A stretch of DNA of 64,000 bases from an uncultured Planctomycetota bacterium (GCA_963845755.1 CAWJTV010000023.1:1-64000), one strand, 5' to 3'. Shown: positions 42,189 to 53,427, counted from the first letter of the stretch. Numbers and translations are program-made. Notes: a model not told the origin generated them from the sequence alone.

Positions 42189-43920
42189 CTATCGCTTCTG
42201 CCAGACCACTTCCATCCAGCCATTTTGCATCTCATCCCAGGTCTGTAGGCCCCAGCGAACTTGCTTGGTCGGGTCGGGGTTGCGGGTTGTCCGGAGAGTT
42301 GTCCCAGTGGCCGATCCAGGTGAGCTTGCTCCCCTTGGGGACGCGCAACGGCGTTTCGAAACGGTAGCCGCTCTGCCAATTGAAGTCGTAATCGGGCACC
42401 GACAGCAGGGTCTCGGTCGTACCGTCCGGATACGCCATGTCGTATCGGGCGCTGATCCCTCGGAGGTGCATGTGCGGCATGAACGACAGCACGAGCGCAT
42501 CGTCGGGAAAGGTGAACGTCATCTGTCCCTGTTGATCCGAGACTTGCGGGGGGATCTTGAAGAACATGTTCGCCAGGATGTTCATCTCGACCGAGTTCGC
42601 CGGCGGCTTCCGGGCGAAGACGATCCCGACCGACGAACGGTCGGTCTGCTCGGTGCCGTTCGGGGTATAGTGGACCTCGAAGAGCAGTTTCGATCCGGCG
42701 GTGATCCGTCGTGCGGTGTCGATCGGATAGCGGGCCGGCATGTCGCCCGGCGCCCAGCCGACCAGGGTGGCCGCCGTGCCGTCCGGGTCGTAGGGATCAC
42801 GACGGCCTGGCTCCAGGATGTAGACGAGGATGTGATGGACTACCTTGCGATTGCCCGGCCGGCATTCCGCCGCCTGCACCCAGACGTCCTCCTGGAAGCC
42901 CGTGTCCACGACGAATCTCTGATAGTCCAGAACACCGGTCGCCGGCACGCGGAATTCTCTGGGCATGGTGAAGACCTTTTCCGGCACCCCGATCTTCCAG
43001 CCTTCCACGAACGTCAACGGGGGCGGCAGGTCCTTGTCATCTCCCTTGGGAGCACCCGAGTCGATCCACGCCAGCAGCGTGTCGCGCTCGTCCTGGGGCA
43101 TGCGCCGGTCGTTGGCGAACTTGCCGAAGCGCGGATCCGCGTGCCAGGGGGGCATCCGCTGCTCGAGCAACGCTTCACGGATCCGCCGGGTTCGCTTCTT
43201 CGCATCGTCATAGGTTAACAAAGAGAACGGCGCGATCTCTCCCGGTCGGTGGCATTCCTGGCAGCGTGTCTGGAGGACCGGCGCGACGTGCTTGGCGTAG
43301 GTCACGGGCTTCCCGTCGAGCGGCTTCCCGGACCGTTCGATCGGACAGCCTTCGACTTCGATTCGAGACACGGTGATCGGCCGGCCCGCGAGTTCTTCGT
43401 CGAGAGCCTCCTTGAGTTCGCGGCGGGTTGGCTTGTCGCGGCTGACGCCGACTCCGTACTGGTCGTCGATTCGGCCGTGGTAGCGGATGACCCGGTTCGC
43501 GTCGAGCAAGAACGCCTCGCACGTCCGCTCGGCGCCGAAGGCATCGGCAACCTTCTGGTCGAAGTCCTTGAGGACGGGGAACGGCACGTTCCGCTCCTGG
43601 GCATGGGCGGATACATTGATGAACACATCTTGATTACTGGAATTGATCGCCACGAACTGCACGCCCTTCTCGGCATACTCCTTGTGCAACGCGATCAGGG
43701 TCGGGATGTAGAGGTTGGCCATCGGACACTCGGTGTCCACGAACACGATCACAACGGCTTTCTTCTCTTTGAAGCTTTCGAGCGAGCGCGGTCGTCGGTG
43801 GATGTCCTTCAGGGTGAAATCGGGGACCACGGCGCCCACGGCGGGTGGAGCGAGCTTCGCATTCGGCGGATCGAGGAACCCCAGAGCGGCGGCCGTGAGG
43901 ACTGTGAGGATTTGCAGCAT
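42189..43920 (-). CDS. Exported redoxin + heme c + copper-monooxygenase-like protein; frameshift near 42285
   Basis: PDFTL..ECP..YHGRIDDQ redoxin; CQECH; VHH, PHMHLRG, YDFNWQ, DEM motifs. Confidence 0.85.
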
Positions 43921-44521
43921 ATTTTCTCCCTTTCCCCGATCGGTCGTGAGCAAGCCGCCCAACCAGCCGCGCCACGCCTGCGTGGCCGAACCACATCTCT
44001 GTTCTACCAGGAAACGGGCGAATGCGGAAAGATTCCGTCGAGGCGACCCGATTCGACCCGGGCCGCGACTCCCGGTCCTGCACAACGCACCACTCGAGCG
44101 CCTCACAGTTGCGTGGCACGCGCCCCGCGCTGCGGCACGGTCTGCGGACCTGGCCACCCGGTCGACCGCAGGTCCCCTCCGGGACTCACCGACCGATGCG
44201 GGTGTCATCACGTGGCACAATGGGACATCTTTTTCCAAAGTCGCCATCCCCGATCTCTTTGGCGGATATCCGGTTGCGACGATGAGGTGAACCGGGAGGC
44301 GCGGTTCGGGCACTCGTCTCGGGAGTGATCGCACGTGGGCTATAATATTAGGATGCCGCAACTTTTCGAAACCGTTAATGCACCTAGCGGGGAGTTCGGC
44401 AGAAGGCCGCCCCAACTCTCAGCCCCACCGGCAGATAAAAAATCCCAAATTATTTTCAGCCTGGTGTTTAGCGGGGTCTTCGCGTCGCCCTGGGGGACGT
44501 GCAACACAACGGTTCAGCGCG

Positions 44522-45898
44522 CTAGAGCCGATTCGGCTCCGGACTGGTCAGCGAGCTTCGGATGAATCCCGAATCCGCCGGGGCTAGGTAGTCGATCGCG
44601 GTCAGTTCGGGGGTCTCGATGCGTCGATGGCCCCGGAAGCGGCTCTCGTGGGCGACGTCGAGGATGCCGCCGGTGAGCTGGGTCCGCTCGACGGGGTAGG
44701 GGGGCTTCCGACTGGTGAAGAAGTCCTCGATCCGCAGCACCAGCGGGTTGAAGAAGCTTGCGCCGGGTGGCGCGGGGAGGTACATCAACGTGGAGACGAC
44801 CGATTCGCCCCCGGCGCCGTCGTCGATCCGTGCGGCGACGGTGGTGTCGTCCACATGCCCATTAAGGATCAAGACCGTGCCGCGGAGGCCGTCGACGTAC
44901 TCGACAAGAAACGCGACGGGGTGGCGGAATTTGGTCGGAACGTCGCCTTTGGGTGGTGCCGGCGGGCGGAAGTCTCGGGTGTTCTGCTTGATGTCGCCCG
45001 GATTCACGGTATGGCTGCGGCCCAGGGCCTGTTCCAGGAGCTTCCAGGACCAGGCCCCCTTGTCGCCAGCCTCCCAGACGGCGTCTCCCTCCAGGCAGGT
45101 GACGGCGGCGACCCCCTGCGGTTGGCCGCGCCGGTCGCGACGCTCGGCCATGCACTGGAGGGTCTCCAGGGCGTGGAATCCGAAGATCTCCAGGTCACCG
45201 CGCGAGGCGACCAGGACCTCGTGGAACTTTCGGCCCAGCGGGATCTCCAGCGGAGGGAGCCGCCAGGTCACCGGCAGGCTCGAGCCGGCCATCAGCGGCA
45301 CGTTCTGGGCCCGCGCCGACTCGATCATCGCACGGGCCTCGGTCCGGCTGTAGGATAAATGCTTGTCGATGAAAACCGGCACCGCGCGGCCCGACGCCTG
45401 GAACACGTCGAGCACGTCGCGAAAGAACCGGCCGCGTGGATAGAGCTTCTGAAGCTTCTCGTTGTAGGGATACGCGCCGTGCTCGGCGATCAGGAGGACG
45501 GCGTCAACGGCGAGCTTGCCGGTCCCCAGCGTGAGCGCATCGGCGATCGTCGGGCTGAGGCGGACACCATGCCGCTTCGCTTTCGGTCTCCCCAGGTCGG
45601 TCTCCGCCGCAACTTGCTCGATGAACAGGCTGGCGATCTCGAACGGAGGCTTGTGGAGGGCCTCGGGGCGACCATCATAAACCGGAAAGCCGTCGAGGAA
45701 CCGCCCGACGATGTGATAGGCGTGCGACAGGTAGTAATAGACCGAGGCCAGCGCAGCGACCTTCGGCCTTGCGGCCGCAGCCGGTTGCGTTGCAGCCTCG
45801 ATCACCGGCTCCACGCTTTGGCCGGATGTCGCGACAACACTTAGCCCTGCCATACCGGTTGTTTCCAGGAATTGACGCCGCGTCGAACCTGATGTCAT
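44522..45898 (-). CDS. Tat-exported hypothetical protein (oxidoreductase-like)
   Basis: TRRQFL Tat motif; LAVDAVLLIAEHG, VFIDKHL, MAGSS. Confidence 0.8.
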   Translation of the reverse strand: MTSGSTRRQFLETTGMAGLSVVATSGQSVEPVIEAATQPAAAARPKVAALASVYYYLSHAYHIVGRFLDGFPVYDGRPEALHKPPFEIASLFIEQVAAETDLGRPKAKRHGVRLSPTIADALTLGTGKLAVDAVLLIAEHGAYPYNEKLQKLYPRGRFFRDVLDVFQASGRAVPVFIDKHLSYSRTEARAMIESARAQNVPLMAGSSLPVTWRLPPLEIPLGRKFHEVLVASRGDLEIFGFHALETLQCMAERRDRRGQPQGVAAVTCLEGDAVWEAGDKGAWSWKLLEQALGRSHTVNPGDIKQNTRDFRPPAPPKGDVPTKFRHPVAFLVEYVDGLRGTVLILNGHVDDTTVAARIDDGAGGESVVSTLMYLPAPPGASFFNPLVLRIEDFFTSRKPPYPVERTQLTGGILDVAHESRFRGHRRIETPELTAIDYLAPADSGFIRSSLTSPEPNRL

Positions 45899-46222
45899 AT
45901 TCGGAAGTCCTTCTGAACATCACGAGCCCTGCTCGATCCCCACTTGAATCCGCTCGGTCCTGTAACGGTCAGCATAGTGACACTGCCAGGTCCATCCAAG
46001 CCCGATCCGAACGCGCACCGGGACACGGGTGAACGGTCCTGGGACGAGATGAGGTTTAGTGTAATTATGAACTATTATTAAAGATGAATCACTTCCGATG
46101 ACGCGCGGATCAGGGCGCAGGCCCGGTGGACCGGAGGGGGATGAGCTCCTCGTGTGATGGAAACGAACCCCGGGCGTCAATGGCGAGGCTCGGTCGGGGA
46201 GAAGGCATCGTGCCGGGTGTGC

Positions 46223-46828
46223 TCATTCGGGATCATAGACCGGACCAAGCTCCTCGCGCAAACACCGCAAGGCGCGTGACCAGAGCTTCCTGGCCGCCTC
46301 CTCGCTGATCCCTCGACGCTGGCCGATCTCCGCGAATGGCATCTGCTCCCGGTGGTGCCAGACGACAACCTCGCGATAGTGCTCGGGGAGTTGCGCGAGT
46401 GCGGCCATCACCGCCGCCTGGCGCTCCGCTTTCAGAAACTGGGCGCTGGGGGTTTCCCCATCAACCGGTGCGGGTGGCTGGAGTCCACTCGGCAGCGCCA
46501 CTTCTCGACCTGATCGCCGTTTCGCCGCCAGCGTGAACCGCCGTCGCTGGCTCGACAGTTGACGCACCAGGATGGTCCGCAGCCACCTTCGCCACTCCGC
46601 CGCCGAACGTCCCCGAAAAGTCGCGAAGCCGCGATGAGCCCGGAAGAACGTCTCCTGCACCAGGTCCGATGCGCCCCCCTTGGCTTGAAGCTCTGGGTCT
46701 GCTTCCTCGTTGGCCACCAGGAGAAGATAGTTGCGGAAGGAGTGAAGGGCCCGTCCCAGGGAATCCCGGTCCCCATGGCGAGCCGCCTCGATCCACGACT
46801 CCAGTTCATTCGCGAGCCGATCGCTCAC
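46223..46828 (-). CDS. ECF sigma-70 factor, planctomycete type
   Basis: KGGASDLVQET, WLRTIL, LPEHYREVV, ARKLWSRA. Confidence 0.9.
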   Translation of the reverse strand: MSDRLANELESWIEAARHGDRDSLGRALHSFRNYLLLVANEEADPELQAKGGASDLVQETFFRAHRGFATFRGRSAAEWRRWLRTILVRQLSSQRRRFTLAAKRRSGREVALPSGLQPPAPVDGETPSAQFLKAERQAAVMAALAQLPEHYREVVVWHHREQMPFAEIGQRRGISEEAARKLWSRALRCLREELGPVYDPE

Positions 46829-47741
46829 CCAGACACCATCGCTTTTCTCTCTTGACCTGAGGACACATCCGAGGGGTGGCTAGAACTGCGCGACTGATTA
46901 TGCAGGGCAGCCCGGACCCTGTCAATCGTTTCAGGACCTCCGGGTGCAGTCGCGTTTCTGCGGTCGGGCGGACGGGCCATCTCGGGTCGGTGGCCGAGTG
47001 CCATTGACCCGACGACCGGGAGGTCCCTCTCCGAGCGACTGGCGACCTCGACCCAACCACTCACAGGATCCTTCGCCGGTGTTGACGCGCCCGCGCCGGA
47101 GCGGCCCGCGAAGGGATCCGCGATCGACGCCGGATCCGGATCCGATCCGGACCTCCGGCCGTCGAGAACAGGAGGTTGTCGGGCTCATCCGTGACCTCAC
47201 GGCCTGGCTCATCCCGGGGCGTGTTCCCGCCGATTCGGGTGCCCCGCCGGACGAATCCCGGCGCATCGTCGGAAGCAACCACTGCGGTCGCGACCGGCTC
47301 CGGTCAAGTCCTCAGGCTGGCCGAGCCGACCGGCTGCGAGGGCGCAACCGCTCGCGACGTGGACATCCCGACGTCTCGGAAGGGCTGATCGGCTGTGGAC
47401 TTAGCCCGATCAACCCGGCTCCTGGCGGCGATGGCGGACGGTGGTCGAGCCCAGACCCGCGCTGTGAAGAAGGGCCAGTGGTGGTGGAATCGTCATGGCG
47501 GGAGACCGAAGTGGCCTGGTGACCCACGCGCTCGTCCCGAGTTCATCGGCGTCGATCCGATATGCTGGTCTTCCAGCCGGTGTAACCCGGCGTGCCCTGT
47601 CCGCTGTGCCCTCGCCGACGGAGGTGGTGCTTCGGCGAGGGAGGGATACTTGCGACGGCTGCTCGACTCTGGAGTTTGCGGCCTAGGTCTCAACTACGAT
47701 CTCGCGGCGTAAGCTCCCAATCTCATTGGCCTTAATACTTC

Positions 47742-48048
47742 CTAACGCGGCCTTCGGCCGCAACCCAATCGGGATTCCCGATTCGCGATTCCGGATTCCC
47801 GAAGGGGAATGATCCGGGAATCGGGAATCGCGAATCCGGAATTCGGAATCCCCAGAGGCGCGGCACGGCGCAGGGAGCCTGCGGAGGACGACTCTAACGC
47901 GGCCTTCGGCCGCAACCCAATCGGGATTCCCGATTCGCGATTCCGGATTCCCGAAGGGGAATGATCCGGGAATCGGGAATCGCGAATCCGGAATTCGGAA
48001 TCCCCAGATGCGCGGCATGGCGCAGGGAGCCTACGGAGGAGGTCTCTA
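47742..48048 (+). mobile_element. Two tandem copies of CTA-bounded module B (152-bp period)
   Basis: CTA at 47742, 47894 and 48046; GCGGCCTTCGGCCGC hairpin; GATTC/GAATC heptamer arrays. Confidence 0.85.
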
Positions 48049-48772
48049 AATCCACGGCCTCTGGCCGTGTGACCCAAAGAGCTTCGAGCCATCCGGCGTG
48101 CTTCCTCCTCCGGTAAACTCCTCTGGCTTGGCATCCGAAGGAGTGCTCCCGGAGTGAGCCCAGAAGTTTCAAGGGATTCGGCATGTGTCGTTCGACGGTT
48201 TCCTGGGCTTGGCGTCGCGGGCGTGGCCGTCGGAGAAAGCGTTGTCGAGGTAGCGTGGGGTGTCGACTGTCCGTTTGGCCCCAACGGCCCCAACGGGGCC
48301 TTCCTCACTCAAGCGGCCCCCTCGGAGGGGCCTTCCTAGATTGCCTACGGGATGGGGAGAGGCTTCGCCGAAATGACCGGAGTCGATCCCGTTTGACTCG
48401 CCGAAAGCTGATTCGGTCGGTCGATCCGACCAACGCGCGCAACACGTCTGGGCTGCGGGTTTCCCAACAGGCACACGACACGAATTGCCGGACGCAGGGC
48501 GGTCCATTCAGAAAGCCCACGGCGCTGAATCGAACCACAAAGAGCGTTGACAACTTTGAACGCGCGGAATTCGACGCCGCTCTCCACGTCCCACACCGTC
48601 AACCCTCCTCCCGGACCAATGCACGCGAACCATCTCCCACGAACGACGAATCGACTGACAACGTGAAACCTCGCGGCTCGCCCTTGAGTAATAACAGACA
48701 GTCTAGTTGGTTTCTTTGGCGGGGCGATCTCAATCAGCTAAGAGCAACCCGATCGCGAAAGGAAAGAGAGCT

Positions 48773-50701
48773 ATGCAGAGATTGACTGTTAGTGCAGCTG
48801 CGTTGGTGTTCGCCGGCCTCGTGTGCGGACAGGCTAGCACGGAGAGCGTCCCCGCTGCTGAAAAGAGACCGGTCACCCTCGACGCTTTGCAGGCAGAGAT
48901 CAAAGCCCTGAAAGCGCCGAAAGTCGCTTGGCGAGAGATCGACTGGAAGAGCTGTTTGCTCGAAGGGCTCCGCGAAGCGCGAGCCAAAAACAAGCCGGCC
49001 ATGCTCTGGGTCTTCATCGACCGTCCCATTGACGACGAGCGCTGCTGAGGGTATGCCGCACTCACCCGTGAGGTGATATTCTCCAACGCCGACGTCATTC
49101 GCCGTGTGAACGCCGATTTCGTGCCCGTGGCCCTCAAGGCCGGACTGATCAACAACCCGCCCGACAACGACGAAGGCCGGCTCTATCGCGAGATCGGACG
49201 CTCGAAGATCCTTCCCCAGGGAGTCTGTGTCGTCAACTCTGCGGGAAAAGTGCTCGACTGGGTCTTCATGTTCGACGACGAAAAGAGCGTCCTTGACTTC
49301 CTCGATCATGCTAAGAAGCGGTTCGCCGAGTTTCCGGACGCGACGAAGCCGTTCCCCGCCGAGCGATACAAGGGGTTTCCGAGTCAGAAGCTCGCCGATG
49401 TCGACGACGGCGGCAAGGTCATGCCGATGGTCGAGCGCCACCGCGAGGGGGAAAGCTGCCCGGCGAAGCCGCGCGTCCCGGAGGGGACCCTCCTGGCGCG
49501 GGTTTTTGGCCGGGCGCTCGACAAGGATGGCAAGCCCGTCGCCGACACGGTGCGCCAGGAAAATTATCTCGAGGACCGCTTCTACGTGCCCGTGGTCAGG
49601 CAAGAGGGGTTGGCGAAAGCGCTCGCCGCCGCCGGCAAGAACCGCTTCAAGATCGACGACGATCTGGCGAGGGTACTCATCAGCCATGCGTTCATGGGGG
49701 AACTCGACTTGAACCCCCTCGGCAACCTGAATGGCAGCAAGTGCGAGCACATGGACTGTGCGTTCTGGGGTCAAAAAATCGAGGCTGATGGCAACGGTCC
49801 TGTCTGGGTCCGAATCGATGGCGAATCAGAGGTCGCGGGGGTCGCGGGCCAGGGCCAAGACGACCATGGCGCACTTTGGCAGCACCGGGTCAAGCTCGCC
49901 TGGGAGGGGCTGATCGAGATGAAGGGAAACCGGATGACTCGACTGCTTCTCCTGGCCCGCGGTACCGAGAAGTTAACGCGGGGAAACAAAAACGAGGAAT
50001 TGGGTCGCCTACCGGGGCGCCAAGCCGTCTTCATTGACGTAGACAGCGGCGTCCGTTACGGCATTATCGGCGAACCGGTCGCGGTTGAGGAAGCCACCAG
50101 TGGGCATCAGGCGCAGATCCCCGACGAGGCCCGCAAAATGCTTCGGCACGAGTTTGGCGGCCCCTTTGTGGTGTCACGCGACCAAGTACAGGTGGAACTG
50201 CAGTTGACCAAGGAGCAGAAAGAAAAGCTGAACCAAAACCTTCTGGAATTGTTGCCCGAGGCGGTGCAGTTCTTTCAAAAGATGGAACGCCTGAACGGTG
50301 AGGATCGCGAGCAACAATTCGGTGCCTATCGACACAAGGCACGCAAAAATCTTGCGGCTCTCTTGAAGGAAACGCTCAACAAAGGCCAGCGCACGCGTTT
50401 GCGCCAGTTGGAATTGCAACGCGAGGGGCTTCGTGATGGGGAGATTTGGGAACTTCTCCACGTTAACGAGGACCAACGGAAGCAATTCATGGGTCTCATC
50501 ATGCAGGCGCATCAAAAGATTCAGCCGCTGCTCGAAGAGGCACAGAAAACCGGCAACCTCACGGAGGTTCAAGGCAAGGTGATCAAGATCCGCGATGACC
50601 TCGAAGCCGATCTACGCGCCAAGCTGACGGATGACCAGGAATCGCAGTGGAAGGAAATGTTGGGCAAGCCGATGGACCCGGCGGCCTTGTTTGATTTGTA
50701 G
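48773..50701 (+). CDS. Putative exported selenoprotein (642 aa, Sec at codon 92): SelN-like thioredoxin domain + C-terminal LTxxQ-like helical repeats
   Basis: ORFs 48707-49048 and 49073-50701 share a frame and are separated only by TGA 49046-49048 in DDERC*GYAALTRE; RBS and signal peptide at 48773; hairpin after the TGA. Confidence 0.75.
49049..49081 (+). promoter_or_regulatory. Candidate SECIS-like hairpin
   Basis: GGGTAT pairs with ATATTC; upper stem CACTCA-CCCG-TGAG(G)TG begins just 3' of the TGA; loop is non-canonical. Confidence 0.4.
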
Positions 50702-50788
50702 TCTCGGCTTGGTAGGAAGTGTCTTGGTGCGCGTTGATCTCGTCGAACTGTCTCGGCAAATGCAGGCACACTCACGGCACAAGAAGTT

Positions 50789-50938
50789 CTAACGCGGCCT
50801 TCGGCCGCAACTCAATCGGGATTCCCGATTCGAGATTCCGGATTCCCGAAGGGGAAGGATTCGGGAATCTCGAATCCGGAATTCGGAATCCCCAGATGTG
50901 CGGCACTGCGCGCAGGGAGCCTACGGAGGACGACTCTA
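50789..50938 (+). mobile_element. CTA-bounded module B copy
   Basis: CTA at 50789 and 50936; same sequence family as 47742. Confidence 0.85.
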
Positions 50939-51186
50939 ACGGTGTCCGGTCGCCTTCGGGCGACTAGATTTGAACTGGTCAGCACATATTACGTCCTGCG
51001 ATGTCCGCTCCGGTCTCCTGGACTCCACTTCGAAGTCGTTTTCGCGCTTCGGTCCGACGACACCGAAGCAACTTGGGACTCGCGAGGTTCGGAGGGGCTC
51101 CAGGTCCGCTCTTCTAAACGGTCGCCTTGGCCGGTAACCTGCACCTCCAAGAACGCGACTGCACCCAGGACCTCCCCAGCACCCCA

Positions 51187-51439
51187 TAGGCCCTTATGGG
51201 CCGCGCATCGACAATTTGTTGTCGATGATTGACTTTTAATTCAACTGCCCGGCAGGGGCCATTTTTTGGGCGCAGTCCCGAAAAACGTAGAGTCTTTCTC
51301 CGTAGGATCCCTCCGCCCTGCGCATCTGGGGATTCCGAATTCCGGATTCGCGATTCCCGATTCCCGGATCATTCCCCTTCGGGAATCCGGAATCGCGAAT
51401 CGGGAATCCCGATTGGGTTGCGGCCGAAGACCGCGTTAG
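51187..51439 (-). mobile_element. CTA-bounded composite (B+A), inverted
   Basis: TAG at 51187, 51288 and 51437; reverse-complement match to 19862-20118. Confidence 0.85.
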
Positions 51440-51520
51440 GCGTTAGCTTTACGATGGGACCCTGGGAAATCCGCGGGATTTTCGAGACGTGGCCTGTAAG
51501 ACCAGGCGGGTCCGGAGTCC

Positions 51521-51549
51521 CTCGTTCCCACGGGGACCGTGGGAACGAG
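51521..51549. repeat. Perfect 13-bp-arm palindrome
   Basis: CTCGTTCCCACGG-GGA-CCGTGGGAACGAG. Confidence 0.7.
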
Positions 51550-51715
51550 ATCTCCCACCGATGCGCCTCGGCCGCGTGCGCCCAGCCCTCGACCCATTTC
51601 TCTCAAGTTCGCGTCCGGTTCGGCCGGGGCGGGCGTCTGTGTGATGGGGACTTCGAGCGGCGGGGCTCGATGAGAAGGCGTCCTCATGACATCCAGGGAA
51701 GGAGTCCGGGAATCG

Positions 51716-52765
51716 ATGAGATCACGAATTCGACCGAGATCGGGATGGCTGCTCGTCCTCGCGCTGTTCGCCAGCGTGCACTTCGGCGACGCGGCCCGAG
51801 GTGATGGAATCACCGGGATCGTGAGCTTCGGCGACAGTCTCTCTGATGTGGGCAACGCCTACCTGGGGAGTGGAATGACTCAGCCGGCGCCGGTTTCCGC
51901 CTATTATCAGGGCCATTTCTCCAATGGCCCGATCTGGGTGGAATACCTGGCCAAGGATCTGGGAGTGGCCGCGCCGACGGCTGCACTCGCGGGCGGCACG
52001 GACTATGCCTTTGGAGGGGCACAGACCGGCAGCGGCTACGCCAGCCTCGCGGGCGCCCAGGTCCCGAACATCGGGACCCAGATCGACATGTATCTGGCAC
52101 ACAACACGCCGAGCCCCACCCAGCTCTTCACGATCTGGGGCGGTGCGAACGACGTCCTTTCCGGCACCCAGCCCAACCCTGCGGTATCGATTGCCAACAT
52201 CGGACAGGAGATCACGACGCTGGCCGACGCGGGAGCCAGGCAATTCCTCGTCGCGAACCTGCCGCCGCTCGACAAGATCCCGGCCGCGAGTAGCTTGACT
52301 ACGGCCCAGCAACAAGGTCTCGCACTCTTCACGCAAGTCTTCAATCAAGGCTTGCAGAATGAGGTGTCCTACCTCCAAAGTAGCCTGGGCGTCCAGATTC
52401 ACATGCTGAACATCAACAGCCTGATGAACTCCGTCCTCGCGAACCCGTCCCAATATGGTCTCACCAACGTCACCAACGCAGCCCTCCTGTCCGGTTCCAA
52501 CGGCACGGGATATCTCTTCTGGGACCCCTACCACCCGACGACCCAGGTCGATGCCGTCATCGGAGAAGTTGCGGCCCAGGCGGTCCCCGAGCCGTCGACG
52601 CTCCTGGTCCTGGCCACGGTGTTCGGGATTGCGGGGCTCTGGCGCGGGGCAGCGAAGGAGACAACGTCACCGGGGATCGGAGGGTGCGGGATTCCGCCAT
52701 CCCTCTCCCGAGTTGTGAGGCGCTTCGCGCACCGGCGCGCACTGGCGACGAGCGTCTGTCCCTAG
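51716..52765 (+). CDS. SGNH/GDSL hydrolase with PEP-CTERM sorting motif
   Basis: Signal peptide, FGDSLSD, FSNG, WGGAND, FWDPYHPT, VPEPSTL + TM. Confidence 0.92.
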   Translation: MRSRIRPRSGWLLVLALFASVHFGDAARGDGITGIVSFGDSLSDVGNAYLGSGMTQPAPVSAYYQGHFSNGPIWVEYLAKDLGVAAPTAALAGGTDYAFGGAQTGSGYASLAGAQVPNIGTQIDMYLAHNTPSPTQLFTIWGGANDVLSGTQPNPAVSIANIGQEITTLADAGARQFLVANLPPLDKIPAASSLTTAQQQGLALFTQVFNQGLQNEVSYLQSSLGVQIHMLNINSLMNSVLANPSQYGLTNVTNAALLSGSNGTGYLFWDPYHPTTQVDAVIGEVAAQAVPEPSTLLVLATVFGIAGLWRGAAKETTSPGIGGCGIPPSLSRVVRRFAHRRALATSVCP

Positions 52766-53404
52766 CTGGAAATGGGTACCTCGACCACGGTCTGGCCATC
52801 ATCCCCGTCACGACTTCCTCGGAGGCCATGACCGCGCCCCGGTCGAAGCTGACCGGAGCGACCAGGATCGCGCTGGCTCCGATGCGGTTGCAGCCACCGA
52901 TCCTGGTCGAATGCTTACGGCCATCGTTCTTTCAGGAATTCCGCGTTCTCGAGTCGGATTCCCATTCGGACGCATCGGTGTGAATCCAAGATTAATTTGC
53001 GAGAGCGCAATATCTGTCATCAGAGCAAGTCTTTCACTCGTTCCCACGCAGCGGAACGAGTGATCAAGTTCGGTCGATGCGGATGTCTCGGAGATTCGAA
53101 ACACCGTCGAATTTTTTTCCCCGCGCCCCGTCCGGTTTTGTCGCGGACCGGGTCTCTGTGGAGGGGTGGATCGAGCATGGAGGCTCGATCAGACCGACCC
53201 GGCGACCCCACACTTTGTCGAACGGCGACTCATCTTCTGATCGTACAGGACCAGCGGCTTCGTCAGCTCTTGACCCCAACGGGTCCGGCCGGGCCGGCTT
53301 CGTCATCATGCGCGGAGTCGTGCCGGGCAGCGCGAGCGATGGGCGCAGATCGCGGAGGAGTCAACTGCGCGCCGAGCGCATCAATAATTATTTAATTTAA
53401 TTCT

Positions 53405-53427
53405 ATCATATTTAGAATAAATATGAT
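53405..53427. promoter_or_regulatory. AT-rich operator-like inverted repeat upstream of the NHL-repeat gene
   Basis: ATCATATTTA-GAA-TAAATATGAT, perfect 10-bp arms in an AT island. Confidence 0.5.

Noticed and set aside
46860..47740. Possible ncRNA or genes upstream of the ECF sigma factor
   Set aside because: Only low-complexity ORFs and no recognisable RNA family
47742..48048. Tandem repeats as a CRISPR array
   Set aside because: 152-bp units with no unique spacers and no cas genes
47683..48308. ORFs with 'GFRIPDSRFP/GIRNRESGIP' peptides
   Set aside because: Translations of the non-coding heptamer repeat element
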